From NCBI GenBank assembly GCA_051530055.1, contig CM121341.1:13990784-14054783 (forward strand): a stretch of DNA of 64,000 bases. The letters run 5' to 3'. Positions 38,272 through 49,265 of the stretch are shown here, one piece after another. The DNA is from Neoechinorhynchus agilis. Its lineage: Eukaryota; Animalia; Acanthocephala. Under the pieces are notes generated by a model, which was given only the letters and a program-made list of their open reading frames with translations, searched no databases and had not been told where the DNA came from. Every line of letters starts with the position of its first letter. Within the stretch, counting starts at the first letter, position 1. A program made the position numbers and the translations under genes.

Positions 38272-38790
38272 ATCGATGTGTGGCCTATTATCACACGGCT
38301 GTTAATTTTTGGGCACACAGCCCACCCACCTGGTTCAGCGAAGTAATTCAATTAGTGTGATAATAGGCCACACATCGATATAAGCTACCGGCGGGCCAAT
38401 CTTCATAAGAAATTCATAATTCAATGGCCTTGAATGAATATATAAAATTGGCTGAGTTTGTACATTCCGTAGTTGTGTCGAGGTCTTCAAGTGGATTAAT
38501 GCCCGTGAACCCGATTAAGGGTCTAGTGGATCGAATTCGTTACCACAATGACGCACAACCAAAGGGGACGAAATACCGCTGAAGGGAGGAAACTCACTGA
38601 TGAGTCCCACCTCCTGGAGGTATCTGAGGATCCGGAGGAATGTACAAACTCATAACGGATGGTTTAGTGCTTTGAGAAATTGAATTACTTCGCTGAACCA
38701 GGTCGGTGGGCTGTTTGCCCAAAAATTAACAGCCGTGTGATAATAGGCCACACATCGGTATAAGTTACCGGCTGGCCAATCTTGATAATC
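38272..38790 (+). mobile_element. tRNA-Ser-headed, hammerhead-bearing SINE/retrozyme-like element; 380-nt monomer with terminal direct repeat and 5' inverted fragment
   Basis: gtgtgataataggccacacatcg..ggccaatctt occurs at 38355 and 38735 (period 380). 38274-38353 is the reverse complement of 38678-38757. Perfect 15-bp stem 38454-38468/38637-38651. A-box/B-box-like segments at about 38469-38538. Confidence 0.75.
38565..38628 (+). ncRNA. Non-circularly permuted hammerhead ribozyme, copy 3 (best copy)
   Basis: Stem II GGGAC/GTCCC, GAAA 38570-73, stem III ATACC/GGTAT, C17 = C38624, stem I CTCA/TGAG, CTGATGA 38597-603, linker helix GGAGG/CCTCC. Confidence 0.8.
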
Positions 38791-39047
38791 ACTGGCGTTA
38801 TAATCATAAACGTGTTTTTGCATGAGCGGTAAACATTTGGTAGATAACAAGCTTGTTTCTCTATTTGTTGTGAGTTTCATATCGTTCTAAATGATCTACG
38901 TACAACTCTTTTGCCTTTTTTAATCTACTGAACGACTACAGAGAAATCGTAACTTCGCTATAACGCGTTTTCTATAAGTTTGGTTTATTGTCAACAAACA
39001 ATCCTGCACGCTATAATAAGCATTATTATTTCGAGATTAACATAGAT

Positions 39048-41388
39048 ATGTCCCAAGAACGAAGAAATGATCAAAATAAAGAACAAACGTCTTCAATCGC
39101 CGAACCGGATAGTAAGAAACAGTCTATTGATACAACAGTCGGACTAAACCGCCGCTTGATCAAGGGCGATCATCCGATGACTTAGCAGTCAATGGACACG
39201 TCGAAATGGCAAAATCTACATCACTGCATCTACATCAAGCACAACCAGAATCAGTTGTCCATTCTGTACACCACAACGAAGAACGTCGTCTGGAAACACT
39301 GCAGGGAAAACGTAGTCTTCAAGTGGAAGCAACGGCCGAGGAACTGCGAACTTATGGCCCTGCTTAAATGACTACACGAGTGCAGCCGCAGCAACAAGTG
39401 TTGATTCAACCTGATATCCGCCAAAAAGTGGAGGAAACTGACGACCAAAGTTATATAACAGGACATCAAGAAGCGGGGGAACGAAAACGATGCCATGCAG
39501 GAGAAAATTCGGAATCAAATATACCGACAATTAAGACATCACCAGCAAGCAAGAGATCACGAGGACTGCTAGAACAATTTGAAGGAACGCAGCATAGTGT
39601 TAGTCGGAGAACGTTGACACCGTTGCCGCAACCTCGCGCTCAGAGTCAACAACTGTTTATGAATCCCCAAATACAATCCGCTGGTCAAATTATGATTTGG
39701 CCCAAAATCTCCAGTTTCCATCCCAGCAAGCGTCTCGAGAAAATTATGGACAAGTGAAGCGAATGGCAATGAATGCTGCAATGCAATTTGCTGGTCAAAG
39801 CGGATATTTTAGTAAGGCGCCGAATCCAAATGGTCAATCCCAACAAAGGCCCCGAAAAGACTATGGGCAAGCGCAGCCGATGGCAATGAATGCTGCAATG
39901 CGATCTGGTGGTCAAGGAGGGTATTAGATTCCGGCGCCGAATCAACAGGTCCCACTACAACAAACGCTTCAAAAAGACTATGGGCAAGTGCAGCGAGTGC
40001 AAATGAATGCTGGAGTGCCGACCGCTGGTCAAGGCGGATATAATATTCCGGTATCGAATCCACGGGACCCACCCCAACAAACGCCCGAAAGATGTTATAG
40101 GCAAGTACTGCGTATGTCCATGAATTCTGGAGTACCGGCCGCTGTTCAAGGCGAATATTATATTCCGGTACCGAATCCACAGGATCCACCCCAACAGATT
40201 AATACCCAACGTTCCGGACAAGTGCAGGGAATGTCAATAAATGCGGGAGTGCCAACCGCTCGTCAAGGCGGATATTTCACTCGGGCGCCCAATCCACAAG
40301 GACAATCCCAACAGATGAATATCCAACGTTCCGGACAAGTGCAGCAAATACCAACGATGGATAGAATGCTGACTGCAAGTGAAGGTGGATATCCCATGAT
40401 CGGACAGCGTCGTCAAATTCTCCTTCAACAGATACCACCTCAACAGTTGACAAAGGATCAACGATTGCCCGTAGGAAATGTAATGCAGGCTGCTGCCCAA
40501 AGCGGATACTATGTGCCGGCCAGGAATCCGCATTTTCAAGAACAACAGATGAATTTTGAACAGTGTGGACAAGTGCAGGGAATGTCATTTGATTGCCGGA
40601 CGCCTATAATTCCAAGAAATCTTCAATTGCAATTTCCGGCACATCAGCAGGCCCTAACCCAGCAATTGACACAAATAAATCAGATGCCGATGAATCTCAG
40701 GGCACCGACTTATGATCAAGTTCCAATCGTGATGAGCGATTCTCGATCGCAAGTTTCCACCCAGCAGGATCCTCAAGTACAAGAGCAACCTTCAAAAAAT
40801 CAGCGGGCAGAGCATGAATCTATCTCAAATATATCGCAGCACCAATGTGAGCAACCCGGAGCTGCTCAAGGAAGTCGCCAGAATAATGTTTCCCTTCGGC
40901 AACGGATGAACAGGAAGCGATGCCTTCCTCAAGTTGAAGAATTTATAGAAAATCGTGGAATCGAGACTCAAACAACATCAAAGAGACCACGGATTCCGGT
41001 GGACAAAACGACGGTAAAAAAAGGCGACATGTCCGTACAGCCAATAAATGAAGATGATACCGATGACTTGAGTGACGAACAATTCGCCGATTTATTTAGA
41101 CCGTTTGGGAAACTTATGGACATAGCAAAAAGGGCGAAGAAGTTGGAACTTGAGAAGAAAAAACGAGAAGAAAAATCGACGAAAAGTCCTTTTGACGACG
41201 ATTCGGGGCCCTTTGAGTATCCATGTTCGCCAGAGATCCAACAGCAAACTTTAGACTCAAGGATGGACAGACGACCAAGCGCGTTCGGACTTACCAAAGA
41301 CGAAGCAAACGAAGAACAGATGAACCTGTCCACAGGAAGTCGACTTCATTTTAATTTCGTGGGCGAGCTGCTGGGATATAGAGGTTAG
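39048..41388 (+). pseudogene. Intronless Gln/Pro/Gly-rich protein gene with 39-aa tandem repeats, carrying stops and frameshifts
   Basis: Consecutive ORFs 38988-39185, 39368-39757, 39697-39927 and 39988-41388. The last two share a frame and are separated by one TAG. 117-nt repeat period. Confidence 0.65.
39745..40600 (+). repeat. Coding tandem repeat, 117-bp (39-aa) unit x about 7
   Basis: GQV anchor codon (caa) at 39751, 39868, 39985, 40102, 40219, 40336 and 40570 (=40336+2x117). Confidence 0.9.
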
Positions 41389-42329
41389 GATATAAACTGA
41401 AACTGGATCAATTTAGTTACAGGAGTGTTTATTCAACAATTCAATTCGTTCACCGTCCATTACTTCTTAATTTGGCCGGCGAAGTTTGTTCCATTGCCTT
41501 TTGCAAACGTTCACGGTAAAAATGTTGAAGATTTGTAAATAAAGTGTAAATATGTTATATGAAATTTTATTAAGCCACAGATTATATTCAGTAAAAAATG
41601 TTCTCAGAATCTAAACGAACAAAAAAATTCGCAATGGAGGCAAATATTAATTTAACAAGCAAGGTGAATAGGGTTGCGGGGCGTGCCGAAAGACAAACTT
41701 CGTCTTTTTACCTTGTTTATTTCACACCATTCTTAGTTCTTTTTAATACATTGTGCAAGAGTTCAAAATACGCAAATTAGTTTAAAGTAATTCAGAAAAA
41801 GAGAACAACGAGGCTATTTTCGGAATTACGAATCAAATGTCTCAGTCAATTCGTTGTTGCTAAAAATATTTCATAGTTATTAAAAATCTGATACGCCATT
41901 GAGTGTCATCTTTGGTCAACAATATCCTATTCGTAATCGCTATTTAAAAATCTTCTTCATTTCTCTATTTCAACCTTCACTCTTCTTCTTTACACATTCT
42001 TCAACGAGAACTGAGGACGTTTCTTTAAGCTCCGTGCTTAATTATTGAAATGGGTTATTTTGACGAATCGGAATCGAAGTGTTCGCCGAGCGTTCTCGGA
42101 ATTTCTGCTGAATTCGATCAGACTGCGTGTTTATAACGCCGCTTGAATCTGGCGGCCGGTACATCGAGGGTTCTTGCCGTTAGGCTTCGGTGCATTGGTC
42201 CGACCATCATGACATCTAACGCTGTCATCATTTCGACGCTGCCCGGGTTCGATCCCTCAACCCGAGGGGACGTCTTCTGGCGCTGGGAAGTACAGCAAGG
42301 ACTAAACAAATTATTGCCCGGTCATTCAA

Positions 42330-43510
42330 ACTACAAGATTATTCGATCCGTTCGATTGGAGAACTGGGAGAAGGTTATAAACTAATTTATAGTGGCGGAA
42401 CAAGTGGTAGAAATGGGGTCGGTATTGTAATCGTTAAAGACCTAGTCGACGATGTAATGGAAGTGAAAACAACAAGTGATCGAGTTATGGCGGTGAAGAT
42501 AAACGCGAGTGATGAAATCACGACAGTAGTGGCGCATACGCCCCGCCGCAGGTCGGTTGCAGCGAGGAGGAGAAAGATGAATTTTGGCTGCATATATCTG
42601 AATTGACAAGGACTGTATGGGGACGACATGTGATAACTGGCGATTTCAACGGGCACGTTGGACCGAGAGAGGGATACGAGCGAATTCATGGAGGACACAG
42701 TGTAGGATCAAGAAACGCCGAGGGTGTAAAACTGTTGGATTATGCAACAGCGTCGGATTTACGTATTTCGAATACTTACTTTCAAAAAGATCCAAGACAA
42801 CTACGCGCATACTCGAGCGTCGGAAGGTCAAGTCAAATCGAGGGGCGAAGTCTGGAATGTCAAGACCATATTAGGCGAAGAGTGTGCGATGCAACACAGA
42901 GTGCTCGTGGCCGACATCAGGATTAGGGTAAAATTCAAGCGGCGAGCATCTTACGAAAAATCAGACAACTCGCGTCAATTGTGCTTCTACCTGGCATAAA
43001 GCCGCGCTGGTCTTCGCTGATTTGGATCTCCCCCTAATCCTATTGTCAACCATTCGCTCCCACACGGTAATTGCTACACTGCAGAATATTTCCTTTACCC
43101 TTAAAAATCAGCACAAGTATGCTTCTTTGCCATGCTGATGGAACTCCGAAGGCGTCCAAACATTTCCATAACTCAATCGGGATGTTATCTGGACCAGCAC
43201 TCTTACCAATCTTCATCTTTCTGATCTGTGTTGCGACGTCATCGTATGAATACGGTCTAGCTATATTGATATTCGGCTGTACTTGTCCAATAGGCAATCT
43301 TTTATTCTCTGTGTTCAGGAGCGATCCAAGTACTACTTCCATCTGTTCACAATATCGTTGTTTTGATCGAGCATCCTACCCTCACTCTTCACTTTTTGTC
43401 CCGGATTTTGGCCAACTTGAAGATAATATCCCTCCCATTATCTCTCTCCAGCTGGTCATATAGTTCTTGATCGGCTTCCCTCTTTGCTTTGGCGCATTCT
43501 CGGGGTGCCC
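42330..43510. mobile_element. RTE LINE fragments (APE on +, 42330-42960; RT-proximal on -, 43030-43510)
   Basis: LGEGYKLIYSGG..GRNGVG, ITGDFNGHVG on +. MKIGKSAGPDNIPIELWK, KGKGNILQCSNYR on -. Confidence 0.8.
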
Positions 43511-43890
43511 CGAGACCTGATTTGGAAAAGCATCGCTTCCAATTTATTTAATGAGGTGGAAAGAGAGAGAACAACGAAGGGGCAAAAGTGGACTTTTAAT
43601 ATCATCGGCGGCGACAATGGATTTCTTGAATAACGCGATTAGAATTACTTTCTTTACTTGTGGTTCTTCAATTCTATTGCTGAACATTTAAGTATTGCTG
43701 AGATTTTGGAAATAATTTTTCCCGAATTTTCGAATGCTCGCATAAATCCTGTAGAAAAAAGAACACATTTTAGTTTTATGAACCTCTGAGTGTTAATGTG
43801 AATGTGGATTCAGTCATATCTTTATGTTGCGTTGAAGAGAATTAATTGTACCTTGGGTTAAATGATAATAATAACATATTTTATTGTTTT

Positions 43891-44282
43891 ATGAAGATTG
43901 GCCAGCCGGTAATTTATATCGATGTGTGGCCTATTATGACACGGCTGTTAATTTTTGGGCACACAGCCTACCGAGGGATCACGGGCATTAGTTCACTTAA
44001 CCACCTCGACACAACTACGGAATGTACAAACTCAGCCAATTTTATATATTAATTCAAGGCCATTGAATTAGGATTTTTTATGAAGATTGGCCAGCCGGTA
44101 ATTTATATCGATGTGTGGCCTATTATCACACGACTGTTAATTTTTGGGCACACAGCCCACCGACCTGGTTCAGAGTAGTAATTCAATTACTCAAAGCACT
44201 GAACCATCCTACTCTGAACCCGGTCGGTGGGCGGTGTGCCCAAAAATTAACAGCCGGGTCATAATAGGCCACACATCGATAT
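43891..44282 (-). mobile_element. Ribozyme-deleted derivative of the 380-nt element (1.x tandem units) plus terminal inverted fragment
   Basis: Reverse complement follows the 38355-38790 monomer but jumps from gcccgtgatccc directly to tcggtaggctg, omitting the B-box and hammerhead. 44210-44282 is a forward-orientation piece. Confidence 0.8.
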
Positions 44283-44379
44283 ATTTTATTGTTACGAACA
44301 GAGAAACCATGTACCACTGGGTCTTCGTGAGCACTTGAGTTCTAATTTGTCAAACGAATGCGGTTGTTTATTTTGAAGA

Positions 44380-45830
44380 GGATTACGGGTTCAGTCGGGT
44401 GGGAATATCCGGTCGATGGGTGCCCCTTCGTATGTTAATATCCGGTCGGGGGATGTCCGTCCGGGTGGGAATTAGTGGTTATTGTATGTTGAAGATTTAT
44501 TTGATTTTTGTCGGTTAATTTGTAGTTTTTGATTTCCGATCTTTCCTCCGAATCAATTCGCATTTGGAGGATTGGGCAGTAAAGAGGAAAAAGCGGAGGT
44601 AGAGATTTGCGCGAGGAACCGAAGGATGAAAATTTTTGGGACGACGAGTGTTGTAAGTATGAGTAAAAATAGAAATTTGCGTTAGAAATTGAGACGGAAG
44701 AGAATGAAGGCACTCTGAGTGTTTTTGAAAGATTAGATAGAGGTGTTTTTCTAAAGGCACGAGTTCGGTGGCGAAGATTAGAGCGCATCTCTTGTGAAGG
44801 TGTTATGTTTTTAAAAAGGTTGGATATGCGTAGATATGCGTTGGTAGGATTGCGAAGTTATACAAGTACTTAAGGTCTTTGGATGATAATCCAAGAAATT
44901 GGAGGCGTTTGAGAAGATAGAGTTTAGTGGACCCTCTATTCAACGAAATTGAAATGTGCTTGTCCTACTTTAGATTTTCTTGAAAATGAAGACCAAGTAT
45001 ACGAACAGAGGAGACACGATTGATAAGAAACAAAAAGCAGCTGATCGGAAGGGCTATTTGAGATTGAGGGGACGATTTCGAAGCACTTAGTTAAGGATAA
45101 GATATTTCGGGGAGCAAAATGTTTGAACGTGAGAAATCTCGTTAGAAGTAATTGAGAGTGAGAGGGGAGGTGGCGCCTACATAATGATTGTGAGATCATC
45201 CGCATACAAGAAGTATTTACAATACGAAAAGGATGGAATAATATCGTTCAGAAAAATGTTGAAAAGAATGGGGGAAAGTACAGCCCCTTGGGGGATTCCT
45301 TAGTTGATTGCTAAGGTGTTAGAGGCGATGATCACTATTTCGATAAATTGTAATTTATTGTTTAGAAAGGATTTCGACCATTTTATTTGCCAGGCGGCAA
45401 GACCAAATTTAGAGCAAGTATCAAGGAAAAGATTGTGATCGAAGGAATCAAAAGCTTTATGAATGTCGATTTGGATGAGTCGAGAAATAAATAAAGGGTG
45501 TGAGTCGAGGTTATGAAGAGAATCGTAGATGCAAAGAAGGGCGTCCGTACAAGAAAAGCCGGGCCGGAAACCGAATTGGATGGGTGGAATATTTTGATTG
45601 AAGATTTGGGTGCCAGCGTGATGGCGACGGTCGAGGAAGGACAAAAGCTGGAATTTGGTGGGAGGTGGTGAATGTAAAGAAAAGTAACCAAATAGAAAAC
45701 AATACTGCCTAAAAATTCTAAAAAAAAATGAAATGAGGGGTTCGCTGTAGTAGTTCATCGATCTTGGAGGTATCGAAGAACAATGTGACTGCGAGGATTC
45801 GAATGTCGCGGCGACTTCCAAGACACATTC
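44380..45830 (-). mobile_element. L2/CR1-like LINE 3' part (RT to tail), degraded
   Basis: QFGFRPGFSCTDALLCIYD, IDIHKAFDSFDH. Matches 25560-26450 and the ccgaacggacatcc tail repeats. Confidence 0.85.
45611..45728 (+). mobile_element. Very short 3'-end copy of the CRE-like element inserted in the L2/CR1 copy
   Basis: 61 nt match to 13250-13310 with 2 mismatches, followed by an A-rich tail. Confidence 0.8.
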
Positions 45831-46302
45831 CAATCAAATAAGCAGATTATAGACTAATGCCCAGAACAAAGCCACCTTTGATTAACAGAAATGGATTTGA
45901 TATATTGCTAAATAACGCGACGTTGGAGGCCTAAAGCTGATGCCTTGTCTAAAATCCACTTCTCATGGGCACGCTTTTATATCAAATTTAATTGGTTCTA
46001 TAATGTTAGATTTTTTAGGATAAAATATATTACAAAAAATGATCAAGGCATCTTTATTGATATCCAGTTCAGTCTTTAGTCCGATAGTATAGAGATTTCT
46101 AGTGAATTTTAAAAAATCAACAATATTTTTCAAAGATAAAGGATCAATTTAAATAACATTTTTGGTATTCATTCATTCTATTTTTTCCACCTTGGCAGCT
46201 TAATTTTGCAATTAAAGTTCCAAATAATCTTTTTAAAAATGCAGCAATTTAAATCGTTCCTTATGATGAAAAATCACTGATCAGATAAATATAAATTAAA
46301 TA

Positions 46303-46530
46303 ATATTCGGTTGCAATATTTTGTCTAAAGACAATAAAGGCAAGAAACACCATACTTTTACTTAAGGTAAATACTTCAAAGTAGTACTGATCGATAAATT
46401 AGATATTCTCCCAAGAGAATATTTGGTTGCAATACTTTGTCTAAAGACAAAAAGGCGAGAAACACCATACTTTTACTTCAGGTAAATACTTCAAAGTAGT
46501 ACTGATCGATAAATTAGATATTCTCCCAAG
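46303..46530. repeat. Tandem duplication, 116-bp unit x 2
   Basis: ggttgcaata..ttgtctaaagac...gatattctcccaag at 46309 and 46425. Confidence 0.9.
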
Positions 46531-46569
46531 TGTGAGACCACAGAATAAAGAGTTACTACGCTCTCTTAA

Positions 46570-46890
46570 GTTTTACGATGTAAAAGCAACATCACGACTA
46601 TTTGTAAGTAAGACGAAGAGGCCTCTCACCGTACGTATTTGTGAACATTTACTTTGCGCATTTAACCCGAATGCGACCTCCGTGGGCCAAACACCACTTA
46701 AGATTCCATGTAGACCTATCGATGGTCGTGAAGTACCAAGCGAGTGACTTACGAGAACTTTCTCTTGCGGAAGCGTCGTAAAGAGAAGACGGCCAACGTT
46801 CAACGCGTAACGGCACGAGTTTTCTAAAAACCTTCGTAGAACGCGTGGTTTTTCGGGAATCTGAAGAAGGGTTAAATTTCCGATATATCG
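46570..46890 (+). mobile_element. Penelope-like GIY-YIG fragment with decayed hammerhead-like tail
   Basis: KTKRPLTVRICEH..NATSVGQ. CTGAAGAA-GGG..TCC-GATA at about 46861. Confidence 0.5.
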
Positions 46891-47165
46891 GTCGCTGTAA
46901 AATTAATATTTAATTTCTACACTTTCGGTGAGAATAATCCCGGTCATTACATATTTTATTTATTTTAAATATTTCGCGAGGTATCCTCGCCTCTTCAGTC
47001 ATCTAAAAATAGGTTTTCCATATTACGATTTTTGCTCGAGTGCGCAGGATCGCCAAACCCGAAGTTCAGGGACGCTGTGTTTGGTTTTTTGTTTTTCCAT
47101 TGATTTTTTATATTGATTTTTATCACGTCACTAGCTGGAAGTTTCAAGCTAAAATTAGCTTTATT

Positions 47166-48395
47166 TCACTCCATTGTGTGTGACGCAGCGATGTGTAAAG
47201 CCTCTAAAACCAGGCGTCTTTTTAGAATTTGTTCCTTTTCCAGGAAGTAGGTGCCATTAAAATCAGCGCGATGCTTAAAAGCCTCTTGATGATTTGAAAT
47301 TGCCGAAGAATGCTCAAATCGAATGCAAGCTTGCTTATGTTGCGAGACCCTCTTCTTAATGCCCTGCATCGTTTGTTCGATGTAGACTTTATCACACTGT
47401 TCACAGTGCATTCTGTATATCCCATACATCGGCTCAGTTTTACTCTTCTTCTAGAATGTGCATCTGAGGGCGATTCCTTTATTGTTATAGAGACGAGTTC
47501 CAGCCTTCTTACTCATAATGGAGTAGATCATTTGATTTGTTTCATCATCAATGAAGTTCACTTTTTCGAAACATATAGGCTCTGCGGGCGATTTTTGGTT
47601 GTGATTGTTGTGTGGATGGTACTTCCTGCTTTTGATTCCACGGTATATAATCCATTTGGGATATCCCCTCATTTTTAGCTCCTGGACTATCCTCTCCCTT
47701 CCTTTATTCCACGCCAATCGAGTGGATGAGATAAGAGAGGCTCTTCGGAAGTATGAAGAGACAGCCGAGATTTTATGCCTTATCGGTTGGTGGCTTGACC
47801 AGTGTGGTGGTCCCCACCACCACTACCACGTACCACGGTCCAAACGTGGTTCACTGCAATTCTTCGATAGTAAATCTGCCGATAGTTCGATCGTTTTGGC
47901 CAACGGGACATTGGTGAAAAGAGCATTAACATCGGCCGTAAACATTCTGTGGAGCTTAACGTTTATTTTCCTGATCTCAATCGCAAACGTGGGTCCATCC
48001 TTGATGTGCGAGGCGGAAGTTGCTACAATCGATCTTAATAAAACATTAATCCTTTTGGATAGGCGATGGTTGAACGACATGTAACTGGCTATAATTGGAC
48101 GGTACTGCATGATTGGCTTGTGAATCTTCGGAAGGAGATATAGAAACGCACACTTAGCCGATGATGATCGCGTCACATTGTAAAATTGAAGACTGATCAG
48201 AGATCGGTTCAACAAGTTCCTTAGGAAACCGTTAAATTTAGTTTCTCTGCTTCGCGTGGGATCTTTCGCCAGCCTCCCGAATTTGTCAGAGTTAAGAAGA
48301 TCCATAGCCCCCTTTTGATAACCTTTCATGCCGGTTAATCTCCTCGTCCGAATCAATACACTCCTTCTGCTTTCCGGTCTCTCCCACATTCGCAT
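47166..48395 (-). mobile_element. Penelope-like element (RT + GIY-YIG endonuclease), internally deleted
   Basis: LYLLPKIHKP..YRPII, TADVNALFTNVPL, RGYP, GIYRMHCEQCDKVYIEQT..KRVSQH, RLVLEALHI. Confidence 0.9.
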
Positions 48396-49265
48396 ATTCC
48401 TTCACATAATCGTCCACAACAAACATCGATCTCAGACTTCGCTATTATTTAAACATATTTTTAAGATTCTATTTGAGGATTGCACTCCGGTGGTTAGATA
48501 AGTTTTTATTTGGATCGCTTGTCAACACCCGAGAGAGAGATCACTGAAGAAGAATGTATGTTTCGACTGAACTTATACCTTGTTATATATGTGATTCCAC
48601 AAAATATAAATTAACGTTTTAGCTCGTTGAATATTTACACGGTCATTCGGCTCTAAACAATAAAAAGATTATTAAATACAATTTTTGCTAATGCCTTTTA
48701 CTGAAATTTGTAACGTGGCATTAGGCAATGAGATACTGGAATCCATAAAATATTGTCACAAAATAAAGTGCATTCTAAAGGTGTTCAGATTTGTAAATCA
48801 TAAGAAATTATCTCGATGAGCGTTTGAAATATCGACAAAAGCATTTACCAATACGTAGGTTCCTTTCGTTCAATTAAAAGCTTATTAGCTGCACAAAATT
48901 CCATTTGTTTCTATATATTCTTAAACTTTAATTTGTCCTTTCTTTTAAGAAAGAGTTCGGTTTCTAAAAATATGAAAATAAAAGTAGATGAAAATAAATA
49001 TTTAAATTTAGGCTTCGACCATTTAGAATGCAAAGGCCACTTAAGCACTTCGCATCATATTTAAAATGGAATTGATTATAGCAAAGAATTGCTCATTTAA
49101 ATGAATATCCATCATAAAATTTTTAATAGCAGTCGGTTACTTAAATTCGCAAAAATGAATGCAGTATTTATTGGAAACAACAATTGTTAAAACATCGACA
49201 AATGGTAGAAATTCTGAACAATGGAATTGCACAATCATGAATGCCCACCGGCGCTAAATTTAGTG

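Noticed and set aside
38579-38596. Alternative canonical hammerhead parse using CTGAAGG and the GAG-GAAA-CTC hairpin
   Set aside because: A9 is absent, and no stem II can form between that CTGA and GAAA. No canonical type I/II/III parse was found within the module.
42150-42240. HDV-like ribozyme upstream of the RTE fragment
   Set aside because: A P1-like pairing (GGCGGC/GCCGTT) exists, but P1.1, L3 and P2 could not be built.
45300-45833. 177-aa ORF as a novel gene
   Set aside because: Chance chimera of the antisense CRE 3' stub and L2/CR1 RT sequence.
46856-46895. Hammerhead at CTGAAGAAGGG...TCCGATA (and CTGAAGAAGAA at about 48544)
   Set aside because: GAAA is mutated or absent and stem I is unpaired. 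Noted only as decayed Penelope tails.
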